A DNA stretch of 64,000 nt from the NCBI GenBank assembly GCA_035293405.1, contig DATDOE010000031.1, positions 9,936 to 73,935 of the forward strand. Direction: 5' to 3'. The notes beneath the pieces are model-generated. The model was given only the letters and a program-made list of their open reading frames with translations. It made no database searches and had not been told where the DNA came from. Position 1 is the stretch's first letter, and each line of letters opens with the position of its first letter. The position numbers were made by a program, and so were the translations under genes. This DNA is from Vicinamibacterales bacterium. Lineage in GTDB: Bacteria > Acidobacteriota > Vicinamibacteria > Vicinamibacterales > UBA2999. Positions 62,651 to 64,000 of this stretch are shown here, piece after piece.

Positions 62651-64000
62651 ATGCACGTACGCACGACAGCGGCAGCACTGGCGGGGCTCGTCGTCCTGTG
62701 TGCGGTGACCGCGGCTCAGCAGACGCCCGCGGTGCAGTCGCGGCGCTGGTTGGTGTCGGAGCTGGGCTTGCCCGGCATCGACAGCGGCCTTCGTGAGGTC
62801 ACGACGCCGGCCACCGAGCTCAGCGCGCAGACGCTGCGGGAGAGAGCGGCGGCGGTCACCGCGCGGCCCTATCTCTCTGACAGCGTGATCGTGAAGTTCA
62901 GGCCCGGCACCTCGATCACTGCGCAGCGGGCGATGATCGCGCTCGTCGACGGCACGGCGACGCCGGCCCTGTCGTTCGCCAGCTTCGATATCGTGGCACT
63001 GCGGCCGGGCGCCGATCCTGAGGCCGTCGCGCAGCAACTCGCGGCACAACCGGACGTGGAGTACGCGCAACCGAGGTACGTCGTCGGCCCCGCGTTCGTT
63101 CCCAACGATCCGCTGTACGCACAGCAATGGAACTTCCCGGCCATCGACATGGAACGGGCCTGGGACATCAACCCCGGCGCCGCCTCCTCGATTACGGTGG
63201 CCGTGCTCGACACGGGCGTCGCCTTTCGGAGCGGGCTGGTCAGGTTCAGCACGTCGAGTACGACGTTCATCGACGTGCCGTTCGCGGCCGCTCCGGATCT
63301 GGGTGGCGCTGATCGCTTCGTGTCGCCGCGAGATTTCATCTGGGACGACACGAGCCCCTTCGACTTGGAAGGGCACGGTACGCATGTGACCGGCACCATC
63401 GGCCAGTTGACGAACAACAGCGTCGGTACGGCCGGCATGGCCTTCAACGTGCGGATCATGCCGGTCAAAGTCATCGCCGGCACGTGGGACAGTCTCCTCG
63501 GGGCTCCACCCGGCACCGACGACACCGTGGCACGCGGGATCCGGTTCGCCGTGGACAACGGTGCGAAGGTCCTGAACATGAGCCTGGGCCGCACCGGCGG
63601 GCCGGCGCCTGCCATTCAAGACGCGCTCAGCTACGCGGTGTCGCGCGGCGCCTTCGTCGCCGTCGCGGCCGGGAACGATTTCCTCAACGGGAACCCGGCG
63701 CAGCGTCCGGCGGACCTCGGCCCCCTTCTCGACGGCGTCGTGACGGTCGGCGCCGTGGGGCGCAGCCGTCAGCGCGCGCCGTATTCGAGCACGGGCAACT
63801 ACGTGGAAATCGCCGCGCCGGGTGGCGATCAGACGAGCAGCGGGATCGACGGCATCCTGCAGCAGACGTTCAACTTTGATTTCGTGTTTGCCCTGAATCG
63901 CCCGCCGCGATTCGACGTCTTCAACTACCTCTATGCACAGGGCACGTCGATGGCCACCGCGCACGTCAGCGGCTTCGCTGCGCTCCTGATGCAGCAGGGG
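62651..64000 (+). CDS. S8 family serine peptidase (subtilase), 3' end outside window
   Basis: Not in the ORF track because no stop falls in the window; translated by hand. RBS GAGGTGG and a signal peptide. I9-like propeptide (VIVKFRPG). Catalytic D (VAVLDTGV), H (GHGTHVTG) and S (GTSMATAHVSG). Confidence 0.85.
   Translation, partial: MHVRTTAAALAGLVVLCAVTAAQQTPAVQSRRWLVSELGLPGIDSGLREVTTPATELSAQTLRERAAAVTARPYLSDSVIVKFRPGTSITAQRAMIALVDGTATPALSFASFDIVALRPGADPEAVAQQLAAQPDVEYAQPRYVVGPAFVPNDPLYAQQWNFPAIDMERAWDINPGAASSITVAVLDTGVAFRSGLVRFSTSSTTFIDVPFAAAPDLGGADRFVSPRDFIWDDTSPFDLEGHGTHVTGTIGQLTNNSVGTAGMAFNVRIMPVKVIAGTWDSLLGAPPGTDDTVARGIRFAVDNGAKVLNMSLGRTGGPAPAIQDALSYAVSRGAFVAVAAGNDFLNGNPAQRPADLGPLLDGVVTVGAVGRSRQRAPYSSTGNYVEIAAPGGDQTSSGIDGILQQTFNFDFVFALNRPPRFDVFNYLYAQGTSMATAHVSGFAALLMQQG

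Noticed and set aside
62471-63964. A 497-aa minus-strand ORF at the right end.
   Set aside because: The plus strand, absent from the track because it has no stop in the window, encodes an S8 protease with an intact D/H/S triad. The minus ORF is an Arg-rich shadow.

Overview
High-GC (about 65-70% by eye) and densely coding. Gene content looks Acidobacteriota-like: five very large TonB-dependent receptors carry an N-terminal carboxypeptidase-regulatory-like domain. I call 49 CDS. I saw no rRNA, tRNA, CRISPR array, transposase, integrase or phage genes. Main blocks: (1) receptors at 2-8388 and 34758-41399. (2) A KAP-family transmembrane P-loop NTPase, translationally coupled to a membrane-anchored winged-helix regulator (10067-14145). 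(3) A tetrahydromethanopterin/methanofuran-linked C1 module (15277-26898): fhcD/ftr, fwdD-like, fhcB, fhcA, fhcC, ATP-grasp, DUF1464-like, mtdB and fae. It is interrupted by a SWIB-domain gene and an MBL-fold gene. (4) Two paralogous cassettes of small HHS-motif periplasmic proteins with DGRPH-motif proteins. (5) MFS, IPMDH-family, PQQ dehydrogenase and aldehyde dehydrogenase genes. (6) A pseudo-receiver plus PilZ pair. (7) A tightly coupled ATPase-permease-ATPase-permease ABC operon. (8) Housekeeping genes: HD, NUDIX, yjbQ, tsaD, mtnA, and a cdd/PNP/nupC/deoA nucleoside-salvage operon. (9) A HEAT-repeat protein coupled to an HD-GYP protein, then a phosphatase-superfamily enzyme and a partial S8 protease. 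The least ordinary signal is non-coding. Intergenic spaces hold tandem arrays of 7-, 8- or 9-nt units, most arranged as inverted arms that would fold into long hairpins. They also hold GTAG...CTAC-flanked GC-rich palindromes resembling REP elements. These elements often abut or contain stop codons, and TAG is the most frequent stop in the window by my hand count (22 of 48). All functional calls rest on motif recognition by eye. No database search was possible.
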